DNA from: an uncultured Acidobacteriota bacterium
GTDB taxonomy: Bacteria; Acidobacteriota; UBA6911
Reading direction: 5' to 3'
Assembly: GCA_964481255.1 (NCBI GenBank)
Contig: CAYZTZ010000001.1
Span: 38,236-102,235 of the forward strand
DNA: 64,000 nucleotides
Part shown: piece after piece, positions 28,701 to 37,446 of the stretch
Position numbering within the stretch: the stretch's first letter is position 1
Layout: each line of letters opens with the position of its first letter
The notes under the pieces: generated by a model
What the model saw: the letters and a program-made list of their open reading frames with translations, nothing else
Database searches by the model: none
Told to the model about the DNA's origin: nothing
Made by a program: the position numbers and the translations under genes

Positions 28701-28855
28701 TAGGGAGGGCCCGGAACCTTGTCAACCGACGTTTCAGACCCGGCATGGCGCGCTGCGGCCGCCCCTAAGCCGCTCCAGAGGAAAGGATTTATCGCTGAAA
28801 ACACGCGGCCGCTTTTGACATTGCCGCGGCCGCCGGACGATGCAATAATTCCCAC
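25757..28855 (-). CDS. uvrA: excinuclease ABC subunit A (UvrA); true start probably an internal GTG near 28660
   Basis: It has two ABC ATPase modules (GVSGSGKSS, LSGGEAQR) and zinc-finger cysteines. The first roughly 64 codons of the ORF are low-complexity and would overlap the divergent neighbour's promoter. A small low-complexity insert (PPQQASSARRPPRPRAAAAS) is present. Confidence 0.9.
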   Translation of the reverse strand: MGIIASSGGRGNVKSGRVFSAINPFLWSGLGAAAARHAGSETSVDKVPGPPYHPFCGPPEDAQPVKSEQEEAIVVKGARVHNLKNITVRIPLNSLTVVTGVSGSGKSSLAFDTLYAEGQRRYIASLSAYARQFLERIDRPDVDDIEGICPALSIRQRNYARNPRSTVGTVTEIHDYLRLLYARIGTTYCHSCGRVVEKDTPQKIADFVLSLPQGQRFYLCMRLELDAPPQQASSARRPPRPRAAAASPADRLAMMIPGLQRQGYVRLLVGGELVELSEAADALRKSGCKEAHVVVDRLTVEEGMRKRLVDSIEICSRDSEGHVEVLLLTDAPTETEAMLLARHPDIRWLRHPAGILVKFSEAFECQLCRISYQEPEPRLFSFNNPFGACPECQGFGNTLTLDFDRIIPDKSRSLGEGAVHPWSGQRYRGFHNRMLQFAAREGIPVDVPWEELPENQRDKIIRGQGHFPGILGFFDYLERKKYKMHVRIFISRYRGYANCLSCGGERLRREARDVRVGGLPITRVSQMTIGQAADFFKTLELSPQQASIAERILHEIRHRLDLLVRVGLDYIALDRLSSSLSGGEAQRIQLATSLGSTLVGALYVLDEPSIGLHPRDSRRLVEILKSLQALGNTVLVVEHDQEIMRSADYIIDLGPRAGENGGEVVFQGSFPSLLEDTRSLTSLYLRRELQIPVPLFRRRNSGRRIEILNAHRHNLKHLDVRIPLGMLVCVTGVSGSGKSTLVHDVLYAAVKKAKGELKEPLTGLDALRGAELISDVVLVDQSPIGRTPRSNPATYTKAFDEIRRIFASTKDAFSRGFGPGHFSFNLEAGRCPTCQGNGTVTVEMQFLADVELTCEDCRGKRFKSSVLEVRYKSRNIAEVLEMTVREAMEFFAGRPSLIRKLKVLEDIGLDYLRLGQSATSLSGGEAQRIKLASFISQSGRGNMLYVFDEPTTGLHFDDIRKLLAAFDKLISGGNSLVVIEHNLDVIKTADWIIDLGPEGGDAGGRIVFEGTPEDIVSCPNSHTGRMLARYLS

Positions 28856-28857
28856 CG

Positions 28858-29871
28858 ATGAAAAAAAAGCGGGATGCCGTCATACTGGGTGTTGAACCTC
28901 CCCTTGGAGTTCCCGGGGGCGAGATCTCCATCGATTGCCGCGGTTTTGTCCCGGGCCTGTCCTCCAAGGTCCTGTTCGGCGAAGCGGAGGCTCCTCTTGT
29001 TTCCGCCTCGGAAAACCGGATTATCGCGAGGCTGCCCGACAGTCCTAATTGCCTCGGGCTCAGCCTCCATGTCGACAAATCCCAGTCTCCCGTTTTCCCT
29101 TTCGGGCTCGCGGCGCGCCTGGCCTCCGATCTGCACGCGGTCGCCAACCCCGTGGCGGCCCCCGACGGGAGTATCATCACCACGATCAGCGGGACGCGGG
29201 GACAGCAGATTCCTCAACCTCTGGTCCGGGTGACGAAACGGGGGGACAAGATCCCCTATCCCTGCGAGATCATGAACCCTACGGGACTGGCCTTTTCAAA
29301 GGACGGGCAGCTTTACATATCCAGCCGCAGCGACGGGACAGTTCTGCGCTATACCGATTTCGAACACCTCGAAGTGGTGGCCGAAGATCTCGGAATCCCC
29401 TGCGGCTTGGCTTTCGATTCCAACGGGTTGCTTTACGTGGGAGACCGGACCGGCAGAATCTACAGGATCGACTCCTCGGGCAACAGGGAGGAATTCGCCC
29501 AACTCGAGCCCAGCATCTCCGCGTATCACCTGGCAATGGATTCCGAGGACCGCCTCTATGTGACCGGCCCGACCTTCGCGATGCGGGACAGCCTCTACCG
29601 CATCTCCAGGAGCCGCGACGTGACCGTTCTCCTGCAGGGGTTGGCAAGACCCCAGGGGATGGCGTTCCTGCCGGACGGCGATCTGCTGATCTGCGCCGGA
29701 TTTCAGGGAAGGAAGGGGGTATTCCGATATTCGCTTAAAAACGGGTCGCTCGAGCATTATATCGCCGGCCCCATCATGGTGGGCCTGGCTGTGTCAGGTC
29801 CCGATCTTTTCCTCGCGAGCAGCCATTCGATCTACAGAATCCAGCTCTCCGGAAAAAACGCCGTGAATTGA
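28858..29871 (+). CDS. IPT/TIG domain + six-bladed beta-propeller (SMP-30/gluconolactonase/LRE- or NHL-like) protein, no signal peptide
   Basis: The N-terminal TIG-like segment is GGEISIDCRGFVPGLSSKVLFGEAEAPLV. Propeller-like repeats follow (IPCGLAFDSNGLLYVGDRTGRIYRID). It is divergent from uvrA. Confidence 0.5.
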   Translation: MKKKRDAVILGVEPPLGVPGGEISIDCRGFVPGLSSKVLFGEAEAPLVSASENRIIARLPDSPNCLGLSLHVDKSQSPVFPFGLAARLASDLHAVANPVAAPDGSIITTISGTRGQQIPQPLVRVTKRGDKIPYPCEIMNPTGLAFSKDGQLYISSRSDGTVLRYTDFEHLEVVAEDLGIPCGLAFDSNGLLYVGDRTGRIYRIDSSGNREEFAQLEPSISAYHLAMDSEDRLYVTGPTFAMRDSLYRISRSRDVTVLLQGLARPQGMAFLPDGDLLICAGFQGRKGVFRYSLKNGSLEHYIAGPIMVGLAVSGPDLFLASSHSIYRIQLSGKNAVN

Positions 29872-30156
29872 CCGCCGAACCGCGATCTTTTCCGGTCCGG
29901 CCTCATGGATACGCGGACGTTTTCCTTATGGACCAAATGAACCTCCCGGCGAACCCACCCTGCGGAGAGGGAGATAAGATATCCGGGCTCGCATCCCCTG
30001 CTCCCGGGGTTGAACCCGGCAGGAGAGCCTGGGACAGCGCGAATTCCGCGATGGGCGCGGGCTGCGGCGATGGAGATTTTTCTTGGTTGAATCGATGCAT
30101 AGGGGCGGGGGAATCCTGTATCTTATTGCGCTGCGGTCAGCGAAGGACGGGGCGCC

Positions 30157-31284
30157 ATGACGACTGCTTCGGGATTCGGCTTCGAGATCCTTCATGAAGA
30201 TGCGGCGACGGGTGCGAGACGGGGCGTTCTGCATACGGCTCACGGCGACGTGGAGACGCCGGTCTTTATGCCCGTGGGGACCTCTGCGGCGGTCAAGGCG
30301 ATGCCGGCCGAGTTCCTGGAAGCCCTGGACGCCCGCATCATCCTGGCCAACACCTATCATTTATATTTGCGGCCGGGGCACGAAAGAATTCAAAGGCTCG
30401 GGGGGCTGCACGCGTTCATGTCCTGGGACCGGGCCATCCTGACCGACAGCGGCGGCTATCAGGTCTTCAGTCACCGCGAGCTCCGCAGCATCGGCGAAAC
30501 AGGCGTGCAGTTCCGCTCCCATCTGGACGGAAGCCTCAACCTTTTCACCCCGGAAATGGTCATGGATGTGCAGGGCGCCCTGGGCTCGGATATCGCCATG
30601 GTCTTTGACGACTGCACGCCGTATCCGGCAGGATACGCGGACGCCGAGGCCTCGATGGAGCTATCCCTGCGCTGGGCCCGGAAATGCCGGGAACAGTGGC
30701 GCAGAACCGACGACGGAAGCCGGGGATTGTTCGGGATCGTGCAGGGGAGCGTATACCCGGACTTAAGGAAACGTTCGGCGGAGGCGCTGGTGGACCTCGG
30801 TTTTTCCGGGATGGCGATCGGGGGGCTCAGCGTGGGTGAGCCCAAGGGCCTCATGCACGAGATCGTCGAGGCGACGGCCCCCCTCCTCCCGAGGGATCAG
30901 CCGCGTTACCTGATGGGCGTCGGGACTCCCGAGGATATCGTTCGGGCCGTCGCCCGCGGAATCGATATGTTCGACTGCGTTCTGCCGACCCGCAACGCGC
31001 GCAACGGATGCCTTTTCACCAGCCGGGGAAGGATCCTGATTAAGAACGCCGCCTACGCCGAGGATGCGTTCCCGCCGGATCCGGACTGCCCTTGTCCTGT
31101 ATGCCGCCGATACTCCCGCGCCTATCTGCGGCACCTGTTCCTCTGCGGCGAACACCTGTCCGCCGTTTATAACACACTGCACAACCTGACCTTTTATCTT
31201 GACATGATGGGGAAAATAAGAGAATCTATCCGGCTTGATAATTTTGGCGATTGGCTCAAGCGGGCGGATACGATGAAGGAGTGA
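30157..31284 (+). CDS. tgt: queuine tRNA-ribosyltransferase
   Basis: The sequence contains TPVFMPVGTSAAVKA, ILANTYHLYLRPG and the zinc site CPCPVCRRYSRAYLRHL. Confidence 0.95.
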   Translation: MTTASGFGFEILHEDAATGARRGVLHTAHGDVETPVFMPVGTSAAVKAMPAEFLEALDARIILANTYHLYLRPGHERIQRLGGLHAFMSWDRAILTDSGGYQVFSHRELRSIGETGVQFRSHLDGSLNLFTPEMVMDVQGALGSDIAMVFDDCTPYPAGYADAEASMELSLRWARKCREQWRRTDDGSRGLFGIVQGSVYPDLRKRSAEALVDLGFSGMAIGGLSVGEPKGLMHEIVEATAPLLPRDQPRYLMGVGTPEDIVRAVARGIDMFDCVLPTRNARNGCLFTSRGRILIKNAAYAEDAFPPDPDCPCPVCRRYSRAYLRHLFLCGEHLSAVYNTLHNLTFYLDMMGKIRESIRLDNFGDWLKRADTMKE

Positions 31285-31396
31285 AATTTCCGGGATTTTA
31301 CGCCCCGGACGCCGGCGGCCACGCCCGTTTCGTCGGATGGTTTCCTCCTGAACAGGCCGGTGGATTGAAAAATAGATTAAGGGTACCGATACCGAA

Positions 31397-31702
31397 ATGG
31401 AACAGCCCACGCTGATGCAGGCTGCATCGCCCGATTTCCTCGTTCAGTTCGCCCCGATCCTGATCATCGGGGTCATCTTCTATCTTCTGATTTTCAGGCC
31501 CATGAGAACGAGGCAAAAGAAGGTCGAAGCGATGATCGCCGCGCTCAAGAACGGCGACAAGGTGATCACCAGCTCCGGGATCTACGGCGTAATCGCCGGC
31601 GTCAAGGACAGGACATTCATCCTCAAGGTCGCGGACCAGGTGAAGATCGAGATCGCCAAGAACGCGGTGGCGGGCCTGCAGGCGCCCGAAGAGACCCCGT
31701 GA
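31397..31702 (+). CDS. yajC: preprotein translocase subunit YajC
   Basis: It has a single TM helix plus the conserved GDKVITSSGIYGVIAGV motif. It lies between tgt and secD. Confidence 0.9.
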   Translation: MEQPTLMQAASPDFLVQFAPILIIGVIFYLLIFRPMRTRQKKVEAMIAALKNGDKVITSSGIYGVIAGVKDRTFILKVADQVKIEIAKNAVAGLQAPEETP

Positions 31703-31823
31703 CAGGAAAAGCCGGAAGCGGAAAAGAGGAGGCCGGATAAGCCCGCGACCGTCCGCTTCCGGCTACTTTTGTCGAAATGGACCCGGATGGGCGCGCCGGC
31801 GCCCATAACAGTTTCGGTGATAT

Positions 31824-33434
31824 ATGCAGAAAAACTTGCGGTGGAAACTCATCCTGATTCTGCTATTCCTGTTGATCTGCGCGTATTACTTTGTCAGTCC
31901 GAGGGCGAAGGGCGCGGGCTGGCTTTCCAGGCTCAACCTGGGGCTGGATCTCAAGGGGGGCATCCACCTGGTATTGAAAGTGGTGACCGACGACGCCCTG
32001 AACCAGGAGCTTCACCAGGATGCCGAAAGGATAGCCCAGGAGTTGCGAATCAAGGAAATCTCCTTCGCCGCTTCGAAAAAAGGCAACGGCTACTCCGTGG
32101 AAGTGACCGGAGTCGACAGGGATAAGAGCAATGTCGCGCGCGCCTGGCTCGAAACCACGTTCGGCCGCAAATATGAGGTCCGCAGCTCCATCGTCGACGA
32201 GAAGACGGACTTCAGCCTGACGCTGCTGGGCAGCTATATGCGCGAGATGCGGGAATCGACGGTGCGGCAGGCCCTGGAAACCATCCGGCGGCGCGTGGAC
32301 GCCCTGGGAGTGACGGAACCGACGCTGCAGATTTACGGCGGCGGCGAAGAGGATGTCGACGACCAGATCATCGTGGAGCTGCCGGGGATCGACGATCCAG
32401 ACCGTGTCAAGAGCCTGATCAAGGATACGGCCCAGCTGGAGCTCTGTCTGGTGAAAAAGGACCAGGGCGGGCCGTTTTCCAGCATTGAATCCGCCGTCCA
32501 GGCTCTTGGGGGAAGAGTCCCGGACGAGTATGAAATCCTTCCTTACCGGGAAGACCGGGGAGAAGAGAGCCGGCTGGAATATTTAGTGGTGAGCAAGTTT
32601 CCGGTCATAACCGGAAAGGATCTTAAAACCGCACGCCGGACCACGGACTCCAACGGCGGCCCCGCGGTCGGCTTCTTCCTCACAGCGGACGGCGCGGATC
32701 TCTTTTCACGCGCCACGGAGCAGCACGTGGGAGAGCGGCTCGCCATCGTTCTGGACAATGTCGTCAGTTCGGCGCCCGTCATCAACGAGCGGATCGGCGC
32801 CGAAGGCATCATCCACGGCCGGTTCACCATCCAGCAGGCTGAGGACCTGGCTCTGCTTCTGCGCTCCGGCGCCCTTCCGGCGTCCCTGAGGGTCCTGGAG
32901 GAAAGAAGCGTAGGGGCTTCCCTCGGAAACGATTCCATCCGGTCCGGAATTATAGCGTCCTTGATCGGGTTCGGCCTGATCGTGATCGGCATGGTCGTTT
33001 ATTACAGGCTGTCCGGGATCAACGCCATCGTCTGCCTGTTGTCCAACCTCATCATCCTTATGGGATTCATGGGGGCGGTCGGGGCGACTTTGACCCTTCC
33101 GGGCATCGCGGGCATCATTCTCACGATCGGCATGGCCGTCGACGCGAACATTCTCATTTTTGAGAGGATCCGGGAGGAATTGCGTTCGGGAAAAACCGTG
33201 CGCGCGGCCGTGGATTCCGGCTTCACCAAGGTGTTCTGGACCATCTTCGATTCGAATGTCACGACACTGATTGCCGCGCTGTTCCTGTTTCAATTCGGCA
33301 CCGGCCCGATCCGCGGCTTCGCCGTGACTCTCACGGTCGGCCTCCTGGCCAACATGTTCACGGCCATCTATATATCGCATCGGCTTTTCGACTGGCAGCT
33401 GGGCCAGCGGCGGGTTGAGACGTTGTCCATTTAG
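31824..33434 (+). CDS. secD: protein translocase subunit SecD
   Basis: It has a large periplasmic P1 domain and a C-terminal six-TM bundle. It sits in the conserved tgt-yajC-secDF context. Confidence 0.95.
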   Translation: MQKNLRWKLILILLFLLICAYYFVSPRAKGAGWLSRLNLGLDLKGGIHLVLKVVTDDALNQELHQDAERIAQELRIKEISFAASKKGNGYSVEVTGVDRDKSNVARAWLETTFGRKYEVRSSIVDEKTDFSLTLLGSYMREMRESTVRQALETIRRRVDALGVTEPTLQIYGGGEEDVDDQIIVELPGIDDPDRVKSLIKDTAQLELCLVKKDQGGPFSSIESAVQALGGRVPDEYEILPYREDRGEESRLEYLVVSKFPVITGKDLKTARRTTDSNGGPAVGFFLTADGADLFSRATEQHVGERLAIVLDNVVSSAPVINERIGAEGIIHGRFTIQQAEDLALLLRSGALPASLRVLEERSVGASLGNDSIRSGIIASLIGFGLIVIGMVVYYRLSGINAIVCLLSNLIILMGFMGAVGATLTLPGIAGIILTIGMAVDANILIFERIREELRSGKTVRAAVDSGFTKVFWTIFDSNVTTLIAALFLFQFGTGPIRGFAVTLTVGLLANMFTAIYISHRLFDWQLGQRRVETLSI

Positions 33435-33507
33435 CGGGAACTTCGGGGCGCCGCAGGGTGTCCAATCTCTTGGGATTTTCCGGTAAGAGCCATCTGAGGG
33501 TTTGATC

Positions 33508-34713
33508 GTGGAACTATTCAAGCAGACGTCCATCGACTGGTTGGGCAAGAAATGGTGGTTTTACGGGATCTCCGCCGCTCTTCTGGCGGTCGGCATCGTC
33601 GCCTATGTCCTGCGGGGCGGCCTGAACTACGGAATCGACTTCACGGGCGGAAGCCTCGTGCGAATGAAATTCCAGAACACCCCGGATTTGGAGCTTATCC
33701 GGAACTCCCTGAAATCGATATCGGCGACGCCGCCTTCGATCCAGCGCTACGATCTCCCCTCGAAAAACACAGTCCAGATCCGTATTCAGACGCAGTCGGC
33801 CGAGGAGGCCGAGCGGGAGAATGTGGGAGCGGACCGCGAGGTGCTGACCCGCCTTCTGCAAAAGACCCTGGACCCGGGTCGCGCGGGAAGCCGCGAAATG
33901 GATTTCAACAACGTGGGATTCGACGCCTTGAGCCGGCATCTGCTGGGACTGGATCCGGACGGCCTCCGGAATCAGAACAAGACCACGCAGGAGATCGACG
34001 CCTACTACCGGAATACGGCGCAATCAATGCTCGATTACCGCGACAAGGAGTGCGAGGGTCTTGTGCGGTCGCTCGACGATCTTAAAAACGCTCCGGGCGT
34101 CACGGAAGCCTCGCTCGCCGCCCTCAAGAAGGATTTTTACGCGGGCCCGTTCGCCATCCTGAGCAGCGAGCGGGTGGGCGCCATTGTAGGGTCCGAGCTG
34201 CGGCGGAGGGCGACCCTGGCGGTGGTGCTTTCTCTGCTGGCGATGCTGGTCTACATCGCTTTTCGTTTCAAACCGATCTACGGGGTGGCGGCCATTGTCG
34301 CGCTGTTTCATGACGTGGGAATCACCCTGGGATTGTTCGCCGTCACCCAAAAGGAAATATCCCTGACGGTGATCGCCGCTCTTCTGACTCTCGTGGGATA
34401 TTCCGTCAACGACACTATCGTCATATTCGACCGGGTTCGAGAAAACCTCCGGCTTATGCGCAAAGAGTCCCTGTACCAGATCCTGAATCTGAGCATAAAC
34501 CAGACGCTCTCCCGGACGATCATGACATCGGGATTCACGTTTCTGGCCGTCTTTTCGCTTTTTCTTTTCGGCGGAGAGGTGCTCAACGGTTTTTCGTTCG
34601 CGCTGACGATCGGGATCATTGTCGGCTCCTATTCCACCATCGCCCTGGCGTCCACGATCGTGGAATGGTGGTATCGGGCCGTGGAACCGGGCTCGAGGCG
34701 CAAAACCGCCTAG
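33508..34713 (+). CDS. secF: protein translocase subunit SecF (enlarged periplasmic P1 domain)
   Basis: The GTG at 33508 lies 7 nt after GAGGG; the track used the TTG at 33502. It has a SecF TM bundle. At about 400 aa it is 80-90 aa longer than typical SecF because of a P1 insertion. Confidence 0.9.
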   Translation: MELFKQTSIDWLGKKWWFYGISAALLAVGIVAYVLRGGLNYGIDFTGGSLVRMKFQNTPDLELIRNSLKSISATPPSIQRYDLPSKNTVQIRIQTQSAEEAERENVGADREVLTRLLQKTLDPGRAGSREMDFNNVGFDALSRHLLGLDPDGLRNQNKTTQEIDAYYRNTAQSMLDYRDKECEGLVRSLDDLKNAPGVTEASLAALKKDFYAGPFAILSSERVGAIVGSELRRRATLAVVLSLLAMLVYIAFRFKPIYGVAAIVALFHDVGITLGLFAVTQKEISLTVIAALLTLVGYSVNDTIVIFDRVRENLRLMRKESLYQILNLSINQTLSRTIMTSGFTFLAVFSLFLFGGEVLNGFSFALTIGIIVGSYSTIALASTIVEWWYRAVEPGSRRKTA

Positions 34714-34760
34714 ACTGTTAGTATTTCAGGAGAACGGCGGCGAGAAGACGCCGAAAAGGG

Positions 34761-34779
34761 TTGAAAATCATTGAAATGC
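34761..34779 (+). promoter_or_regulatory. candidate Fur-box-like hexamer repeats (TTGAAAATCATTGAAATGC) upstream of tonB
   Basis: It contains the AATCATT core of the Fur consensus GATAATGATAATCATTATC. The placement before a tonB-exbBD operon is typical, but the match is partial. Confidence 0.25.
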
Positions 34780-34793
34780 GGCCGAAAAATTTC

Positions 34794-34823
34794 TTGACAG
34801 TTTTTTGGACGCGATATTAAGAT
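34794..34823 (+). promoter_or_regulatory. candidate sigma70 promoter of tonB operon (TTGACA ... TATTAA/TAAGAT)
   Basis: TTGACA at 34794-34799 is followed by TATTAA at 15 nt or TAAGAT at 18 nt. It lies about 80 nt upstream of the tonB ATG. Confidence 0.4.
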
Positions 34824-34900
34824 CGAGCCCTTGAGAATGGCACCGCAGTAAAAAGCCCAGCCCATTTGCATGGTCTCAGGGCAGATTACGAGGGGGATAC

Positions 34901-35653
34901 ATGTTTGAAGATTTGGAACAAGTGGGTCAATCGGATTTGGCCAAGCGGCTTGTGTCGCTGGTCATTTCGTTGATACTGCACGTCGTGCTGATCATCACGG
35001 TGGTGATCATGCCTCTGGTGTTTTTTAATGTGCTGCCGGAGAGCGAGCTGCTGACGTTTTTGATCGCTCCGCCGCCTCCGCCGCCCCCCCCGCCGCCGCC
35101 CCCGCCGCCGCCGACCAATGTCAGGACAGCCCCCAAGGTTGCCGTTGTCGACCCGAACCAGTTCGTGGCGCCCACCGAGATCCCCAAGGAAATACCGCCG
35201 CCGGTTGACGAAGCTCCGGTCATCGGAGTGAGCAACATCGTGGGCGGGATTCCCGGAGGCGTCGCCGGAGGTGTCGCTGGAGGCGTCCCCGGTGGAGTGG
35301 TCGGAGGATTGCTTTCCAATGTCGCGCCGGCGGCCCCCCCGCCGCCTCCCAAGCCGGTGAAGCGCGAACCCATCCGGGTCGGCGGGAATGTTCAGGAGTC
35401 CAAACTGATACGGAGGGTGGAACCCGTATATCCCGAGTTGGCGAAGCGCGCGCGTGTTCAGGGTACGGTCGTCCTCGTCGTTACGGTCGACGAGGAAGGC
35501 AATGTGTCCGACATCCAGATAAGCAAGGGCCATCCCTTGTTGAACGATGCGGCGGTGAGCGCCGTGAGACAATGGAAATACTCTCCAACCCTGCTCAACG
35601 GAGAGCCGGTTCCTGTAATCGCTACGGTGACGGTAATTTTCAACTTGAAATAG
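34901..35653 (+). CDS. tonB: energy transducer TonB
   Basis: It has an N-terminal TM helix, a poly-Pro tract (PPPPPPPPPPPPPPPP), GGV repeats, and a C-terminal TonB domain (RVEPVYPELAKRARVQGTVVLVVTVDEEGNV). Confidence 0.85.
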   Translation: MFEDLEQVGQSDLAKRLVSLVISLILHVVLIITVVIMPLVFFNVLPESELLTFLIAPPPPPPPPPPPPPPPTNVRTAPKVAVVDPNQFVAPTEIPKEIPPPVDEAPVIGVSNIVGGIPGGVAGGVAGGVPGGVVGGLLSNVAPAAPPPPPKPVKREPIRVGGNVQESKLIRRVEPVYPELAKRARVQGTVVLVVTVDEEGNVSDIQISKGHPLLNDAAVSAVRQWKYSPTLLNGEPVPVIATVTVIFNLK

Positions 35654-35687
35654 TTTTCCCAAATATCAATCGGAGGTTCAAAATTCG

Positions 35688-36368
35688 ATGGGACAAATCA
35701 ATATTGTAGAACTATGGAATTCAATGGGCGGGATCGCCAAAGGTGTCGTTGTCATCCTGGCTATCATGTCGGCCTACTCGATCAGCGTCATGATTGAGAG
35801 ATGGCTTACCTATCGCCAGGCCCGGAAGCAGTCCAGGCTCTTCACCCCCGCGGTGGCCGAATGCCTGAAGGACGGGAAGATCGACGAAGCGATCGCGCTG
35901 GGCGAACAATACAACAAGAGCCACCTGGCGAAGGTTCTCACGTCGGGACTGCATGAACTGCAGGCGCACGCCAAGAGCAAGGATATCCCCGGAGAGACTC
36001 TTGAAGCCTCCAAGCGGGCCCTGGAAAGAGCCACCGCCATCAACATTGAGGATCTGAAGAGAGGCCTCAGCGGCCTGGCCACCATCGGTTCCACGGCTCC
36101 CTTTGTGGGGTTGTTCGGGACGACAATCGGTATCATCAACGCGTTCCAGGGGATGAAAACCGAGGAGACGGCGGGCATCGCGGCGGTCGCCGGCGGTATT
36201 GCGGAAGCGCTCGTCACCACCGCCTTCGGTCTTTTCGTCGCCGTTCCGGCCGTCTGGATGTACAACGTGTTCACCAACAGGATCGAAACCTTCACCGTCG
36301 AGATGGACAATTCCTCTTCGGAACTGATCGACTATTTCATCAAGAGACGGAGCGAAACTCGTGGCTAA
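35688..36368 (+). CDS. exbB: MotA/TolQ/ExbB proton channel family protein
   Basis: It has three TM helices, with LATIGSTAPFVGLFGTTIGIINAF as the ExbB signature. Confidence 0.85.
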   Translation: MGQINIVELWNSMGGIAKGVVVILAIMSAYSISVMIERWLTYRQARKQSRLFTPAVAECLKDGKIDEAIALGEQYNKSHLAKVLTSGLHELQAHAKSKDIPGETLEASKRALERATAINIEDLKRGLSGLATIGSTAPFVGLFGTTIGIINAFQGMKTEETAGIAAVAGGIAEALVTTAFGLFVAVPAVWMYNVFTNRIETFTVEMDNSSSELIDYFIKRRSETRG

Positions 36369-36783
36369 GCGCGGATTAGGCAAAAGCGACGTCGTCGCGG
36401 ACATCAACGTCACGCCGATGGCGGATGTCATGCTGGTGCTGCTGATCATCTTCATGATTACGACGCCCCTCTTGCAGAGCGGCATCACGGTCAACCTGCC
36501 CAAGGCGAAGAATCCTCTCGATGCGCCCGAAGCGGACAGCAAGGAAGCCGTGATCGTCGCCCTGAACCGGGAAGGGAAGCTCTTCCTGGGCAAAAAGCAG
36601 GTTTCGGAAGCCGATCTCTATGATTTCCTCGTCAAGAAATATTCGGGGGGTGAAATCAATCGGACCATCTTCCTGAAGGGGGACACATCGCTGGCTTACG
36701 GCCGCGTTGTGGAGATTGTCAACGGCTGCCGGAGCGCGGGTGTGGAACGTATCGGTTTGATGGCTGAAAAGGAAAAGGAATAG
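36361..36783 (+). CDS. exbD: biopolymer transporter ExbD/TolR
   Basis: A GTG start overlaps the exbB stop. The sequence DINVTPMADVMLVLLIIFM is the ExbD TM region. Confidence 0.85.
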   Translation: MAKRGLGKSDVVADINVTPMADVMLVLLIIFMITTPLLQSGITVNLPKAKNPLDAPEADSKEAVIVALNREGKLFLGKKQVSEADLYDFLVKKYSGGEINRTIFLKGDTSLAYGRVVEIVNGCRSAGVERIGLMAEKEKE

Positions 36784-36852
36784 AGGGGCAGTGCGGCGCG
36801 GCCCGCCTCGGCGCGCCGTCTGCCGATCGATTCAGCCGTTCCAGAGAGGGAA

Positions 36853-36925
36853 GCGGATCCGCGCGAGGAGCCACCCGTGCGCCGGGGAGACTCGGATCCG
36901 CCCCGATCCGTACAGGCCGGATCGC
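36853..36925. repeat. cluster of palindromic CGGATCCG-type motifs in the 206-bp exbD-exbD spacer
   Basis: The motifs occur at 36854-61 (CGGATCCG), 36893-36900 (CGGATCCG), 36903-10 (CCGATCCG) and 36917-26 (CCGGATCGCG), all read directly from the sequence. Confidence 0.3.
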
Positions 36926-36989
36926 GGGCGTGTGTGCGCCGGAGGCGACGCCCCTAGGCAGGTTCTCATAAAAGAAAGGGATTTTTATC

Positions 36990-37400
36990 ATGGCAATGAA
37001 AGTCGGCGGCAAGAAGGGCGCCATGTCGGATATCAATATCACGCCCTATATTGATATTCTGCTGGTTCTCCTCATCATTTTCATGGTTATCACTCCCGTG
37101 CGCCAGATGGACTTGGATGTGAAAGTCCCGCAAGCCTCCCAGGACACGGGCGGACCCCCCGATCCAAACGTCATCGTTGTGTCCATCAGTGAATCCTTCC
37201 AGATCGCCATCAATCAGGAGCAGACGACCATCGGCAATCTGGGGGCCAAACTTCGGGAGATTTACAGCGCGCGGGCCAACAAGAACATGTTTGTCAGCGC
37301 AAGCCCCAAGCTGCCTTACGGCGACGTGGTCAAGATCATCGATATCGCCAAGGGGGCCGGCGTGGGAGATATCGGTTTGCTAACGGAAGAGATCCGCTAG
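36990..37400 (+). CDS. exbD: biopolymer transporter ExbD/TolR (second paralog)
   Basis: The sequence is DINITPYIDILLVLLIIFMVITP. It is a paralog of the upstream exbD. Confidence 0.85.
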   Translation: MAMKVGGKKGAMSDINITPYIDILLVLLIIFMVITPVRQMDLDVKVPQASQDTGGPPDPNVIVVSISESFQIAINQEQTTIGNLGAKLREIYSARANKNMFVSASPKLPYGDVVKIIDIAKGAGVGDIGLLTEEIR

Positions 37401-37446
37401 AAAGATCGGACTTGCACTTGGTTCAACTCTTCGTTTGGAGGCCACA

